Below, piece by piece: positions 26,735-39,329 of a stretch of 64,000 nt of DNA. Where the stretch lies: contig NC_043008.1 in NCBI RefSeq assembly GCF_006345805.1, positions 28,458,001 to 28,522,000 on the forward strand, read 5' to 3'. Made by a program: the position numbers and the translations under genes. Below the pieces are notes generated by a model. The model was given only the letters and a program-made list of their open reading frames with translations, did not search any database and was not told the origin of the DNA. Source of the DNA: Octopus sinensis. Its lineage: Eukaryota. Within the stretch, counting starts at the first letter, position 1, and every line of letters begins with the position of its first letter.

Positions 26735-26892
26735 GTCTGTCTTTACGTTCTGAGTTCAAATTCCGTCGAGGTAAACTTTGCTGTTCATCCTTTCGAGGTC
26801 GATAAATTAAGTATCAGTTGCGTACTGGGGTCGATCTAATCGACTGGACCCTCTCTAAAAATTTGGGCCTCGTACCTAGAGAAGAAAAGAAT
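26735..26892 (+). mobile_element. 5'-truncated SINE (family of 39330/47500)
   Basis: gttcaaattccg.cgaggt...ttcatcctttcgaggtcgataaattaagta. Confidence 0.8.
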
Positions 26893-28709
26893 ATCATGAA
26901 CAAGCTCTTCTGTTGATTGGTTCAACTGGATCTTGCGCCGTTGTAAACGACGGAATATCGGTTACTTGGCACGCTATTATCTAAAGTATTTCTATGCCGG
27001 TTGATTTTTCGTCGACGCCCAAATTTTCCCATGTGCCCGTGGCTCTTGCTCGCCATTAATCTCATATCAAACAAGTTGGTGCAATGTTACAAACGCATGG
27101 TTCATCTGGCAGAAGAATATGGGCTTCTTTCAATAAATATAAAGCGTCTTGCCTGGATCTCTGCTCGATATAGAATAAGAGCTGTGAAGGCATTAAAGTG
27201 ACAGAGGGAAATGACTTTAATGTCATGGTCAACTAAGAACTGGAGATACATCATCAATGTCCGACGAATACAGAGACCTGGAGTGTGAAAGCAAATTCTT
27301 CGTCCTATCAACGAAATACAAACCCCTTTCACTAAAAGAGGGAGTGCAAGCACCTTCGTCGGAAAGCGATGCAAGACACGACTCCCATATGAGCAATGCT
27401 ATATAGGATTTCACATTATTCTCCTTACATACGAAGGATAGAACCCTTTAGGCCTTCTCTGTTTGAAATATTTACTCTGATCAAAACCTTTCTTCCTACA
27501 CTGAGGTACCTGCCAAACCAGATCCTATTCATATACTGACAAAGCTCTCCCACATCTCAGCTGTGCTGCTTGCAAACGAAAAAGAAAACACATACTAACA
27601 TCCATGCTGGTGATATTAGCACTAGCATGTACAAAATTGTCTTGAAGTACAAGCCATAACGGTTGGGTGCTTGGTATACGGCGCTTCCGATAGTTTGCCA
27701 TATTATCCGTAGAGAAGCTACAGCCATATAATATGGCGCTAGAACCTTTGGAATGGACAGAGAAATCAGTCGCGGTATTTACAATCCTCAAACGTTGATG
27801 ACCAGCCGTACTGCAAATTTCACTCACATCAATTGATCAGTATGTCGCCCATGCCTATACTCTTAAAACCCTTATCTATGATTTATCATTTATTGTGGAT
27901 GTTAGAAAACTTTGGGAAGGTGCAATCTGCCCATCATTGACTAGTTATCAGTAAGGAGTACCAACATATTGACTACCATCAAGTTTAAAATTTCATCTCG
28001 TTTTAACAGAATTATGAACACGAGCTGGTATAATCACCCATCTTGTTCACCACAACTTGTGCAGAAAGGCTGTTAAGTTACCGTTTTACAAAATATGTCT
28101 CAAGATTCCTTTGAGAAAGTTTCTCATATAAAGGTAAAAGAGGAATTCAAGGGAAGGTCAGCGTAATGCGCGATAAAGCCCACCTCAATGAAATACGGTC
28201 TGCCATAAAGTACTGAGCGAAATTCTGCATAGATGAAACGCACACTTGTCTGCCCTGACTGCGAAATTTTTGTTCCAGTTCCCAGTTATAAACTCATTTA
28301 CATACATGCAATCAGAGCTCCAATCTCAAACTAACTTATGAGTGCATAATAAGTGATGGACGATAAGATAATGTCAGTTGGGTAAGGAATCATCATGCTT
28401 GTTTTCACTTTTAAGAATTCTTGTTGATCTTGTTCTTGTTTCAACCATTTCTGGTTTACTTTTGTGTTCTAGTTTACTTTGTAAAACAATAAGGGGAGAG
28501 TGTTGCTAGCACATCACCCTCTACTCACATTTTTCCCATCCACATCTCTACCATATGGGGCCCTAAAAGACATCCGATAATAGGTATAAATGCAAATCTA
28601 TCTAATTGTCTTCTAAGATCAGGCATAACTTGCGATCGATCGACTTACACATCGGTCTTCGTCTTGAGGTTACTTGGTAGTTTATTTGTTAACTTGACAA
28701 GGTCAAGTA

Positions 28710-28860
28710 GACCTCCGATTGGCTTTATACAAATGAGTTAATTTCTGAGGTCCGGAACACTGGTGTCAAAAAATTCGCCAGCGGGCCAAGAAATTTTTTC
28801 GCACACGAGTTCCGCACTCTATTTATGAACTCATTTGCATACAGCCAATCAGAGCTCGAC
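28710..28860. repeat. About 150-bp imperfect palindrome (MITE-like), with a half copy at about 28262-28322
   Basis: gattggctttatacaaatgagtt / aactcatttgcatacagccaatc. Confidence 0.65.
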
Positions 28861-31800
28861 TAAGAAACTAGTGTCCACTTATTCACGAAAATATTCTAGT
28901 TGGGTTCAGTGGAAAATGTGCGTTATAGCAAAATCTGTTCTAAACGAGTTAATAGGGGCGACAAAAGTGAAATTTAGTGCATAATGTCAAACGAGACCTG
29001 CTCATCTATGATGCCATAAGTGTTGACAAGTTCGTAATTTACTAGAAATTGAAAATGAGCATAGTTTCCAAAATTTTTTTTTACTGATTTTGTACATTCC
29101 TAATTTAAAATATTGGTATTGATCTGTTGTATCTTATTGCTGTAGATTTTCAAGGTGAGCTCTCATTAACTGTATGCAATTGAGTTCATTACTGGTATCT
29201 GGAACATACATGAAAAAATAATTTCGTGCCCCGGCTGCCCTCAATTACCAGGTTGTCTATTTCTTTCAACTTGTCGCTTCTCCTACCGAAACATATCGAA
29301 TATCTTTTATTCCCTCATATCTTAGTGTTCATGACCAGAATAGGAAAGCACAACCCTCATGATTTGCGTTGAAGAAATTGTCAAGGACTAATTTCTCTCC
29401 CAGCTTATGAACTGCAATATGTTTCCTAGTCACCTCAATATATTTCGAATTATTTGTCCCTCTACTCCAGAATTACCTATCTTCTTTTGTTGAAAATTGC
29501 TCCTGTATGTGTATCGGGAAAGATGTGATCAATTACCAAACACTGTGTTCATGTTAAAGGTACTTATCTAGGTCGAAGTCCGGTTCATGTTTACAGTCTT
29601 TTTAATTTTCATTTCGTTACTTTGATATATTCCTAATGACTTGGAAGTAGCAAAAACGAGACTTCTTGCTTGCGTATACCTGTGTCTGTAGATATAAGAG
29701 TAGACAGAATAGGGCGAGTGGCAGGAGGTCTCTGAGTTTTAATAATACTGCGAAGCTATTAGTTTTTTATTGCTCATATTTTCTGCCAACATAGCTGTTA
29801 TTGCACATGAGTTCGCTGTTGGTCCTCCTCATGCCCCAACTGTTGTTGTTACCCCAGACCCTGCTGCACGCGTAGATATTGTCTTTGTTAGTGCTACTAT
29901 TCGTGCTATTGTTGTTGTTGTCTTTTCTGTTGTTAATGATGTACGACCAGGTCTTGATTTGTGACTTCATTTCCTTGCAACTTCCATTCCATAAAATTTT
30001 GTTGTTTCAAAATTTGTTGCATTTGCAGCGATGTTATCGGCAATTAGTCTATCTTCCTTGACTCTTACCTGTTTTCATTTTTGTGGACAAATTATTTTAA
30101 GGAATGCAATATAAGAAACTTTTCGCGCGTATATATTCAATCAAATCGTAAATCTTGTTTAAATTGCTATGATTTAAGACCACAGCTACTGTGGAACAGA
30201 GTTTGTTTGTTAAGAATTTTATTATAGATTGTGCTGAAAGCCATATAATTTAATTCGTTGAATGTTACGCCTGTTATTTGTGTGACTAGGTGGTAGTTGT
30301 TTACAAGTATGCAGATTGAAACGGTGAAGACTTACAACTTTGGCAACTTCAATCTCAGTGTCTCCGTACGCGAGTAGTATAAATTCACTATAGATATAAA
30401 TGCATATACAAAGACACATATAATTACATGTAAATTAATTTATGCTCTCTCTTCAGAAATCTTGATCTTTTGCATGAAATTTACGAGGAACTGTAAGTGA
30501 GCATCTGTCTGTATGAATGCGTTGGATAGATTATACAAGTGGGTATTTTACTTTGGTTAGATATCTATAGGGTTTTGATCACCTATATTACGTTTCTTTG
30601 ATTAAGGGTACTTCATTATATCAGATACCCAAAATATTTGAGAGTAAATAGTGTTAAGTACACTAATATTTATTTTTATAGCAAGTTACAGAGGGACAAT
30701 TATGCATTGTTCTTTATTGTGAATAATCCTAATTAAATGTTTTTCAATATTCTATAGTGCGAAAGTCTTTCCTCAGTAGCCTTTTGCGGCCTTAATACAA
30801 ATATTTGTATATACATAGGTTTCCTCCTTTCAAGCCAGCTTTATTATTGAATATTGTTATATGCATGTAATTTTTGGAGGAGCAAAAGGTATTGTACGGA
30901 TGAAAAGAATTCAAACAAACAACTCCTATAAATCGCTGTCGATGCATCATCTATATTTAAACTTTCAATATAATAAATCTAAAGCTGCTTTTTATTCTGA
31001 TTTCTTTGTACAAATATTATTGTATGGTATACGTATTTGATCCCTCGCTATATTTCTAATATTCCAAAGCAAGGTATATGTAAGATGAGAGTATGTCATT
31101 TTCAGTTGTCAATAGCTGTTATGAAATACGGTAAAAGTATATTTAGATCGATATGGCCGACAACCATGATAATTCTATAGAATTATTAGATCCTTTTCAT
31201 TCTTTCATAGAATCCAACGAATTGGAAAGCGGGAGGAAACAAGGAATGAAATATACCCATTCGGTATTTATTTTCAGAATAACCTTAGATATTCGTGTAT
31301 AACAAAAGAAATAAATATATATTCATGAGTCCAGAGGTGAAATATAAAAGAAACTGCAAAATGGAAAATCATAAAATTTAAGGATGATAACCAAATAACA
31401 TTTATATTTGTAGCAATGACACCAGTGTCTATTCATTTATCGGGAGAAATATAACATGGCAGTAATACTTGTTTGATATCCCTTACGTACAGGGTATATC
31501 AGTATACGTCTGATATATTATATTATAAGCAGTGTTATACAGATTACGTTCCCTAATACTTTGGAATATACAACATGATCAAAAGCGAAAAGCGAGATGT
31601 CACTTTGTATAGTTATATCTCTTGCAAAAAATATGTTACATGTTATGTCAAGCTACATCTATTTTATATTTAATATATAGAGAGTGATTGCATTATCAAG
31701 TTATATACATTGAACTGTAAAGTAAAAACGTTATTTAACTTGCTATGTGCCAGCATTAGAGTGATCACTTTTCTATTTATCACAAATATATCGCTCACTC

Positions 31801-32899
31801 TATGCTATCTAAACTAAACTTGGAACATCGATTTAGTAACAGCGTTTCTAATAGACAGTGCATCAGACATTTTATTGTAAAATTTTCCTCGAGATTCACA
31901 TGTGAAAATAGAGGAAAACATTCCTATTCATTATTTGTTGAATATGGCGTATCGCACCACGCAACCGAAATGCTTCACAAATGCCAAGTACCACCGAGCA
32001 AGGGATCATTTACTTGCACTCACGTCACACAGGACAGTTTCCTGGAATTTAGTCGATTACATAATATTTTTAAATTACTCCATGAAACTTTCTTCTGAAC
32101 CATAACGTTATGATTACACAAACGAAATAATACAGTTTGACACGCGATGGAAGGCAAAAGAAAACATATATTCTAGTACGTACATATATAAATACATATA
32201 TACGAGGGAATTAAACAGTTTCACCTTCAAGTAGTTCTTTCAGAATGCAGTAGTCAGCCTAACCTAATATTAAAACAAATTCAAAATACTTCCTTAGATT
32301 GATAACATTGCAAATAATTATACCTGCACCTTTGAATACCGAGAAGTTGATGAAATAGAAATATTAAATAAAGAGTTTGACATTTTTATTCTTGATATTA
32401 TCGATTTTACGAAGTACTTGATTCTCACAAGTGAATCAAGTTGCGGAAATTCCGGAAAATGTACAACTGCCTTTTAGGAAACCCATCTCTAACACAGGAT
32501 AGAATCAAAATTTGGAGGAGGTAGAGGAATAAATATATGCAGGTCAAAAGCAATGTTTCAGAGGGTCGACCTCTCTACCATCTCAATTTGTCTGCACTGG
32601 TGGCTTTGCGGATTATACTTAACTGAAATAAATTCCGATGAACTTGGGAAAGAATGAGTGAGTTGGATATTCTTCTATCTATGGCTGACAAAGCTTCGTT
32701 GGAAAAGTAATTATCAACTGGACTCTCTATTTCAACACGTAGAAAAATTTAGTAGCCACACTGAATCCAGAATTGAGAATGAGAAGGGAGAAATGCCGTG
32801 GATAGAATCACTAAAATCCTGCAATCGATCCAATTATTGTTGTGAGTACTAAATCATTAGACATAGAAGAATCATATACATATATCAGGTAATCCCATA

Positions 32900-33950
32900 A
32901 GTAATATTTTACATTTTATTATAACTTTACGCCTTATGTAATTTCCAACACTATCGATAACTTCCTTTCATCTACTCATCAGTTTCCTAATTCCATAGCG
33001 GAAAGCATCTTACCGCTTTGATAAGAAGAAAGAGAGGTCAATTTTCCCCCTCTTTAGGGCTTTTGAAGACTAATCCATCTAAATGATTCTGTAAGCTTCA
33101 ATACTAATGGTAATCAGAACGAGTGAGATCTAGGGATAAGGCAGATGAAGGATTTTCTCCAGCCAAGTTCTTCAATTTTTTCTGATTTAATCTTTGCAGT
33201 GTGGGGGCCTTTGAATTATCATGATGAAACACTGGTCCCTTACAATTTACCAAAGTAAGCCTTGTTTTTTAAAAATAGCTTCCAAATGCTGTAATTGTTG
33301 GCAATATGTGTGAGCAGTATTTGTTGCATTAGTTGGTAGAAGTTCAAAGTGATTGAATTCAATGCAATCCCACAAAATGGAAAGAAGAACCATTTTGGGT
33401 TGTGGTTTGGCGTGTTCTCTACAGCCGAACCATTGCCAGTATTCATTAACATTTCCATAAAAAAATTCATTTTCCTCATCAGTCAATAATCTTTCCGAAA
33501 ATGGTGAGATACGTTCACGAGAGTGAAGCGATGAACGTATATCCAATCATGATTTTTGTTTGGCTTATGTTAAATCATAGTGAACCTTTCCGAGCTGTTT
33601 AGATGGCAGTGAATAGTTGAAGGGTTTGAATTTAGTTTAGTTGCTAATTTTTCAACTGATACAATATTATCTTTCTCAAGCTCTGATTCGCTCATTATCA
33701 AATTCAAGAGAGCAACTTATTCGTGGCCTCTCTCTCAGACGGAAATTAAAATTCTTGAACATTGCAGAGAATCTTCTGCAACTTATCTCATTCAAGCACC
33801 TTTCTCTATAAACAAAATGAATATTTCGGGTAGCTTCTGCTACACTATTACCATTTTGAACACATACAGGATTATGTACCTTAAATGTTCCTTCGATATA
33901 TCTATCTTTGTTGGGTTAATATTAGTAATATATTCATAGAGATTATTCTG
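32900..33950 (-). pseudogene. Decayed mariner transposase
   Basis: FSERLLTDEE..FFY.N, KMVLLSILWD...FELLP.NAT.TA..YCQQL..L, HHDNS, KIEELGW, DLTRSDYH (cf. PDLAPSDYH). Confidence 0.85.
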
Positions 33951-34039
33951 TAAAAATAAATTATATTGAATTAAAAGTTTCCAAATTCATATGCGTATCA
34001 ATCAATATTTTAGAATGCTGCAGAATTTCATAGAATTAA

Positions 34040-36112
34040 TCTATGTATGTAAAAGAGAGATTCTGTCAGTTTTGTTTGCCCAACAAAAGGAAACTAAATG
34101 GTTCAGAAGAAGCTATTATGCTTTTTTCTATATATATAATCGAAATTCTGTCTTTCTTTCTCAGGCGCAAGGAAAGTACCTGGCTCAAAGGAAGCTATTA
34201 TGTTATTGCCTAATTCCTTACATTCAATCCGATGTGTAAATCATGTAACTCAATTGATAGGGTTGTTGATTATCAAGATATTGTTAACTAAAATTATGCA
34301 ATAGTACAAGATTGATTGTGCACAAACTTATGACGAAGTGCATTTAGGCAAATATTCTCACTGGTTGTGGTAAACGTGGGACCGATTTAATTCCTCGCAT
34401 AGCAATTATACCATGTAATGCACCATTCCAATTTAAGCATTTACAGTTTCCTATCCGTGTTTCTTTTGCCATGAGCATTAATAAAAGTAAGGGCTAAACA
34501 CTAAACACTAAAAGTTGATGGGTTACAACTTGAAGATCCACGCTTTTCACAGGGCCAACTTTATATAGGAGTATCATGTGTGGAAGCAAAAGCAAATCTT
34601 TTTGTTTATGCACCCCGAAATAAAACAAAAACATTGTCTATAAATAATTACTCACACTTAATTCAAATTGAAATAAATTAATTTGCCTTTCCTATCATTA
34701 CATTCAAGAATGAGTAAATTACCTATATAGATGAAGTGTATTATATAATTGCCATTGCTGTATCTATAAATAAAATAACGCACAACTCACTTATTACGTT
34801 CATATAATAATCAAACAGAAGTTCACATATGAAATTGATCTTTTTTGTACTTCAATTATTATATGAGATCGAAGCTTTCAAGTAACCAATCAGCTGAAAT
34901 ATTTGCAGAGCAGCTTTTGAAAGTTGGTGAAGGGTGAGTTTCAATTAATAGAGAAGAGTGTCTTACACTCAGTCCAATAATAATTCAACTGATTCCGTCG
35001 ATGATGTGGTGGATGTAATATTTGCAAATACTCCTCATAATTACAATAATGCAGATAGAATCTGTGGGCCACTTATCCTGGTTCCAAAATTTGTTGCTGT
35101 ACATAGCCTTAATGACATGCTACTGAGTAAATTTCCTGGAAAAGTACTCCCTTAGAGCTCAATCGACAGAGTTGTTGATGATCAGCATATTGCTAATTAC
35201 CCCATTATATTTTTGAACTCACAAGAACCACCCGATGCAGCTCCTCATATTCTTCACCTGACAAAAATGGACTTCTACTGTGTTATTACATAATTTGTCT
35301 CAATCAAAATTATGCGATAGTACAACATTAATTGTGCACAAACACACGATAAACTGCTTTGAGGCAAAAATTGTCACTAATTAGATAAGACCGTCTTTAT
35401 TTCTGGCATACCAGTTACACCATCGATTTTAAGTTCAATGGTGTAACTATTTACGATCCGTGTTTCTTTGACCATGGTCATTAATAAAAGTCAAGGCGAA
35501 GCACTAGAAGTTGATAGCTTACAACTTGAAGAACAATTCTTTTCACATGGCAAACTTTATGTTGGAGCATCATGTATGGGAACAAAAGCAATTTTTTTAA
35601 TTCTGCTCCCAAGAAATAAAACAACTATATTGTTTATAAAGCATTATTCACTCTTAACGCAACATGATATACTTCAATAACTTAATTTAACATTATTATT
35701 ATTACATTCAATAATGAGTAAATTACATATTTAAATTAACTGTATTATATAATTGCCATTACTGTATTGATGAATAAAGTAGCATATATCTCACATATTA
35801 TTATCATATAATAAGCAAACACAAATTCATGTATGAAATTGATATTTTTCCTACTTCAATTATTACATGTTTTTTTTCACTTACAATATTATATAATTGC
35901 CATTACCTTATTAATAAATAAAATAACATCAACATTTATTATTGCCAAATAATAAACAAACACAAGTATGCAATTCAGCTGTCTTACATGTTTCTCTATT
36001 AAAACATATAAACATATAGGAAGAGTAAATTGTATATATAATAATACTTTAAATGTGGCTCCTGAGAAACTATAAAAGTAAATACCCGATCAACGACGGG
36101 TATTACTGCTAG
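34040..36112 (+). mobile_element. Helitron remnant(s) with two Pif1-helicase C-terminal fragments
   Basis: QFPIRVSFAMSINKSKG...FSQGQLY (about 34440-34580) and INKSQG...FSHGKLYVGAS (35468-35600). 5' A^TCTATG resembles the 11629 end. 3' aatacccg/cgggtatt hairpin + CTAG^T. Confidence 0.85.
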
Positions 36113-36297
36113 TATTTATGATATTTCGGACAATATTTGCGGGATGATAAGATTACATACAAACACACACATACATATGAATGATACATCTATTTATCTA
36201 TCTCTTTGTCTCTCTCTCTCTCTCTCTGTCTCTCTCAATATATATATATATATATATACATAGGTGGAGGGTTCATGAAAGAACAAAAGACGCAGAC

Positions 36298-36344
<47 letters not shown>

Positions 36345-36466
36345 CAACAATCAAGGAACGGCCATAATAGGCCATTCACCCACTAGAAATAACAGCCAAA
36401 GCTTCAACCGCAAATAAAAATCAATTCCGTAAACCAGGAGAAAATTTAAAACACATTTACCCTGTA

Positions 36467-36573
36467 ATTTCTTATACGATGCACCGTTTCATCTGCTGTT
36501 TAATGGTAAACTAACCTGATTAAATTAAATCAAGCCAATCTTCCATAGGCCCTCAGATTCTTCAGTAAGAAAT
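36467..36573 (-). ncRNA. Type I hammerhead ribozyme (inverted copy)
   Basis: Reverse complement of 37101-37207. Confidence 0.88.
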
Positions 36574-37100
36574 AGCCAAGTCGGAACAGATATTTTCACG
36601 AGGCATTTCCGACCCTGCCAAGGCAATATCTGACCTAAAATTTTCATATCATCGCACTCGCGCCAAATTTATCGGCAGCAAATAAATATAAGCCGTCGAT
36701 TCCATTACGGAATTAACCAGAAAATTCATAATTAATCAATATAGAGTGGCAAAAAAATTTTGTAGAATTTTTTTGCCACCAGCGGCCTAGTGGGAAAAAA
36801 TTAAATAGTCATAGACCATTTTTAAGTTCAACATCAACAATCAATGAACTTAAAAATGGTCTATGACTATTTATTTTTTCCCACTAGGCCGCTGGTGGCA
36901 AAAAAATTCTACAAAATTTTTTTGCCTCCCTATATTGATTAATTATGAATTTTCTGGTTAATTCCGTAATGGAATCGACGGCTTATATTTATTTGCTGCC
37001 GATAAATTTGGCGCGAGTGCGATGATTTGAAAATTTTAGGTCAGATATTGCCTTGGCAGGGTCGGAAATGCCTCGTGAAAATATCTGTTTCGACTTGGCT

Positions 37101-37207
37101 ATTTCTTACTGAAGAATCTGAGGGCCTATGGAAGATTGGCTTGATTTAATTTAATCAGGTTAGTTTACCATTAAACAGCAGATGAAACGGTGCATCGTAT
37201 AAGAAAT
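37101..37207 (+). ncRNA. Type I hammerhead ribozyme, predicted cleavage after 37199 (GUA)
   Basis: atttctta-CTGAAGA-atctg[58 nt]cagat-GAAA-cggtgcatc-GTA-taagaaat: 8-bp stem I, 5-bp stem II, palindromic stem III. Confidence 0.9.
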
Positions 37208-37590
37208 TACAGGGTAAATGTGTTTTAAATTTTCTCCTGGTTTACGGAATTGATTTTTATTTGCGGTTGAAGCTTTGGCTGTTATTTCTAGTGGGTGAAT
37301 GGCCTATTATGGCCGTTCCTTGATTGTTGATGTTGAACTTAAAAATGGTCTATGACTATTTAATTTTTTCCCACTAGGCCGCTGGTGGCAAAAAAATTCT
37401 ACAAAATTTTTTTGCCACCCTATATTGATTAATTATGAATTTTCTGGTTAATTCCGTAATGGAATCGACGGCTTATATTTATTTGCTGCCGATAAATTTG
37501 GCGCGAGTGCGATGATTTGAAAATTTTAGGTCAGATATTGCCTTGGCAGGGTCGGAAATGCCTCGTGAAAATATCTGTTCCGACTTGGCT

Positions 37591-37697
37591 ATTTCTTACT
37601 GAAGAATCTGAGGGCCTATGGAAGATTGGCTTGATTTAATTTAATCAGGTTAGTTTACCATTAAACAGCAGATGAAACGGTGCATCGTATAAGAAAT
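37591..37697 (+). ncRNA. Type I hammerhead ribozyme, predicted cleavage after 37689
   Basis: Same sequence as 37101-37207. Confidence 0.9.
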
Positions 37698-38080
37698 TAC
37701 AGGGTAAATGTTTTTTAAATTTTCTCCTGGTTTACGGAATTGATTTTTATTTGCGGTTGAAGCTTTGGCTGTTATTTCTAGTGGGTGAATGGCCTATTAT
37801 GGCCGTTCCTTGATTGTTGATGTTGAACTTAAAAATGGTCTATGACTATTTAATTTTTTCCCACTAGGCCGCTGGTGGCAAAAAAATTCTACAAAATTTT
37901 TTTGCCACCCTATATTGATTAATTATGAATTTTCTGGTTAATTCCGTAATGGAATCGACGGCTTATATTTATTTGCTGCCGATAAATTTGGCGCGAGTGC
38001 GATGATTTGAAAATTTTAGGTCAGATATTGCCTTGGCAGGGTCGGAAATGCCTCGTGAAAATATCTGTTCCGACTTGGCT

Positions 38081-38187
38081 ATTTCTTACTGAAGAATCTG
38101 AGGGCCTATGGAAGATTGGCTTGATTTAATTTAATCAGGTTAGTTTACCATTAAACAGCAGATGAAACGGTGCATCGTATAAGAAAT
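38081..38187 (+). ncRNA. Type I hammerhead ribozyme, predicted cleavage after 38179
   Basis: Same sequence as 37101-37207. Confidence 0.9.
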
Positions 38188-38524
38188 TACAGGGTAAATG
38201 TTTTTTAAATTTTCTCCTGGTTTACGGAATTGATTTTTATTTGCGGTTGAAGCTTTGGCTGTTATTTCTAGTGGGTGAATGGCCTATTATGGCCGTTCCT
38301 TGATTGTTGATGTTGAACTTAAAAATGGTCTATGACTATTTAATTTTTTCCCACTAGGCCGCTGGTGGCAAAAAAATTCTACAAAATTTTTTTGGCACCC
38401 TATATTGATTAATTATATATATATATATATAAAATATCATTCGAGACAAAACCACTATTTTGCAAAACAAACAAGGAAAGACTTAATCAATACATAAAAT
38501 TTTAATAAATAGTCAAAAAAACCG

Positions 38525-38567
38525 CCACTACAATCGTTTCTTGTCTTGATCGACAATCTTCAGGTGG
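38525..38567 (-). ncRNA. Minimal type I hammerhead ribozyme in a TA-flanked pLTR-like fragment (about 38430-38600)
   Basis: Minus strand: ccac-CTGAAGA-ttgtc gatcaa gacaa-GAAA-cgatt-GTA-gtgg. Confidence 0.88.
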
Positions 38568-38629
38568 ACTTCCAATAATTCAGTGTCAAATTATGAAGTG
38601 ATATATATATATATTATTTTATTTTATCT

Positions 38630-38664
38630 AATTACAGCTCACGAGCTGTGGCCATGGTGGGGCA
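38630..38664 (-). mobile_element. Extreme 3' tail of the CR1-type LINE family at 58188-62075
   Basis: cagctcacgagctgtggccatggtggggca is similar to 58224-58253. Confidence 0.55.
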
Positions 38665-38669
38665 TATAT

Positions 38670-38736
<67 letters not shown>

Positions 38737-39329
38737 ATATATCCGTGTGTGTGTGTTCGGGTGAGTGTTTGTGTGTGTGTGTATCTGGGAAATTGCTATA
38801 TCCAGATATTGAAGATTTCATATTTCACACTGCATATCGGAACCATCACCAAGCAACGAATATTTGATCAGTATGACTAATTAGTTGATATTAGCGATTA
38901 TTATAAGCAGGCATTTTCTAACAAGGGAAACATGTGCTGAAGGATACTGATAATAAAGAAAGGAAGCCACTCATAAAGCATGTAATCATGCGTTCCCAAA
39001 CAGTTTCACGCTGTAAAAGAGGAAGCGTGTCGTTGAATGCCGGTGATATAGGAGAACTAGAAAACACAAGTGTACGTTTCCCTAAAAGACTATATACAAA
39101 AGATCTCTTAATGTAGTAATGTTAAATGCTGACGAAACATTTAGAAATTTAAAAACTGAAAGCAGAAATATTAGCAAAAATGAAATCAATTTTGAAGACT
39201 GTTTCAATCAGTTTCTTCCAAAAACAGGTGTTAAGAACTGACAACGATAATTCGATATATCATCAGAAATGAAGCCTGAGGAATAGGACATTGATTGGGT
39301 TTGACTGCAAGGAATAGTCCCAAAATAAT

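Larger units (their letters stand above)
36343..38416 (+). mobile_element. Hammerhead-bearing 490-bp tandem array (one inverted copy + about 3.2 direct copies), retrozyme-like / PLE-pLTR-derived
   Basis: Period exactly 490 (atttcttactgaaga at 37101, 37591, 38081). Inverted copy 36343-36844. TA tracts on both flanks. No ORF of 60 aa or more inside the units. Confidence 0.9.

Noticed and set aside
27000-28260. Possible highly decayed RTE-like LINE (EYGLLSINIK, YGARTF)
   Set aside because: The motifs are too weak to support a call without a profile search
36343-38416. CRISPR array or simple satellite interpretation
   Set aside because: There are no unique spacers and the context is eukaryotic. 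The copy number is low, there is an inverted copy, and each unit has a ribozyme.
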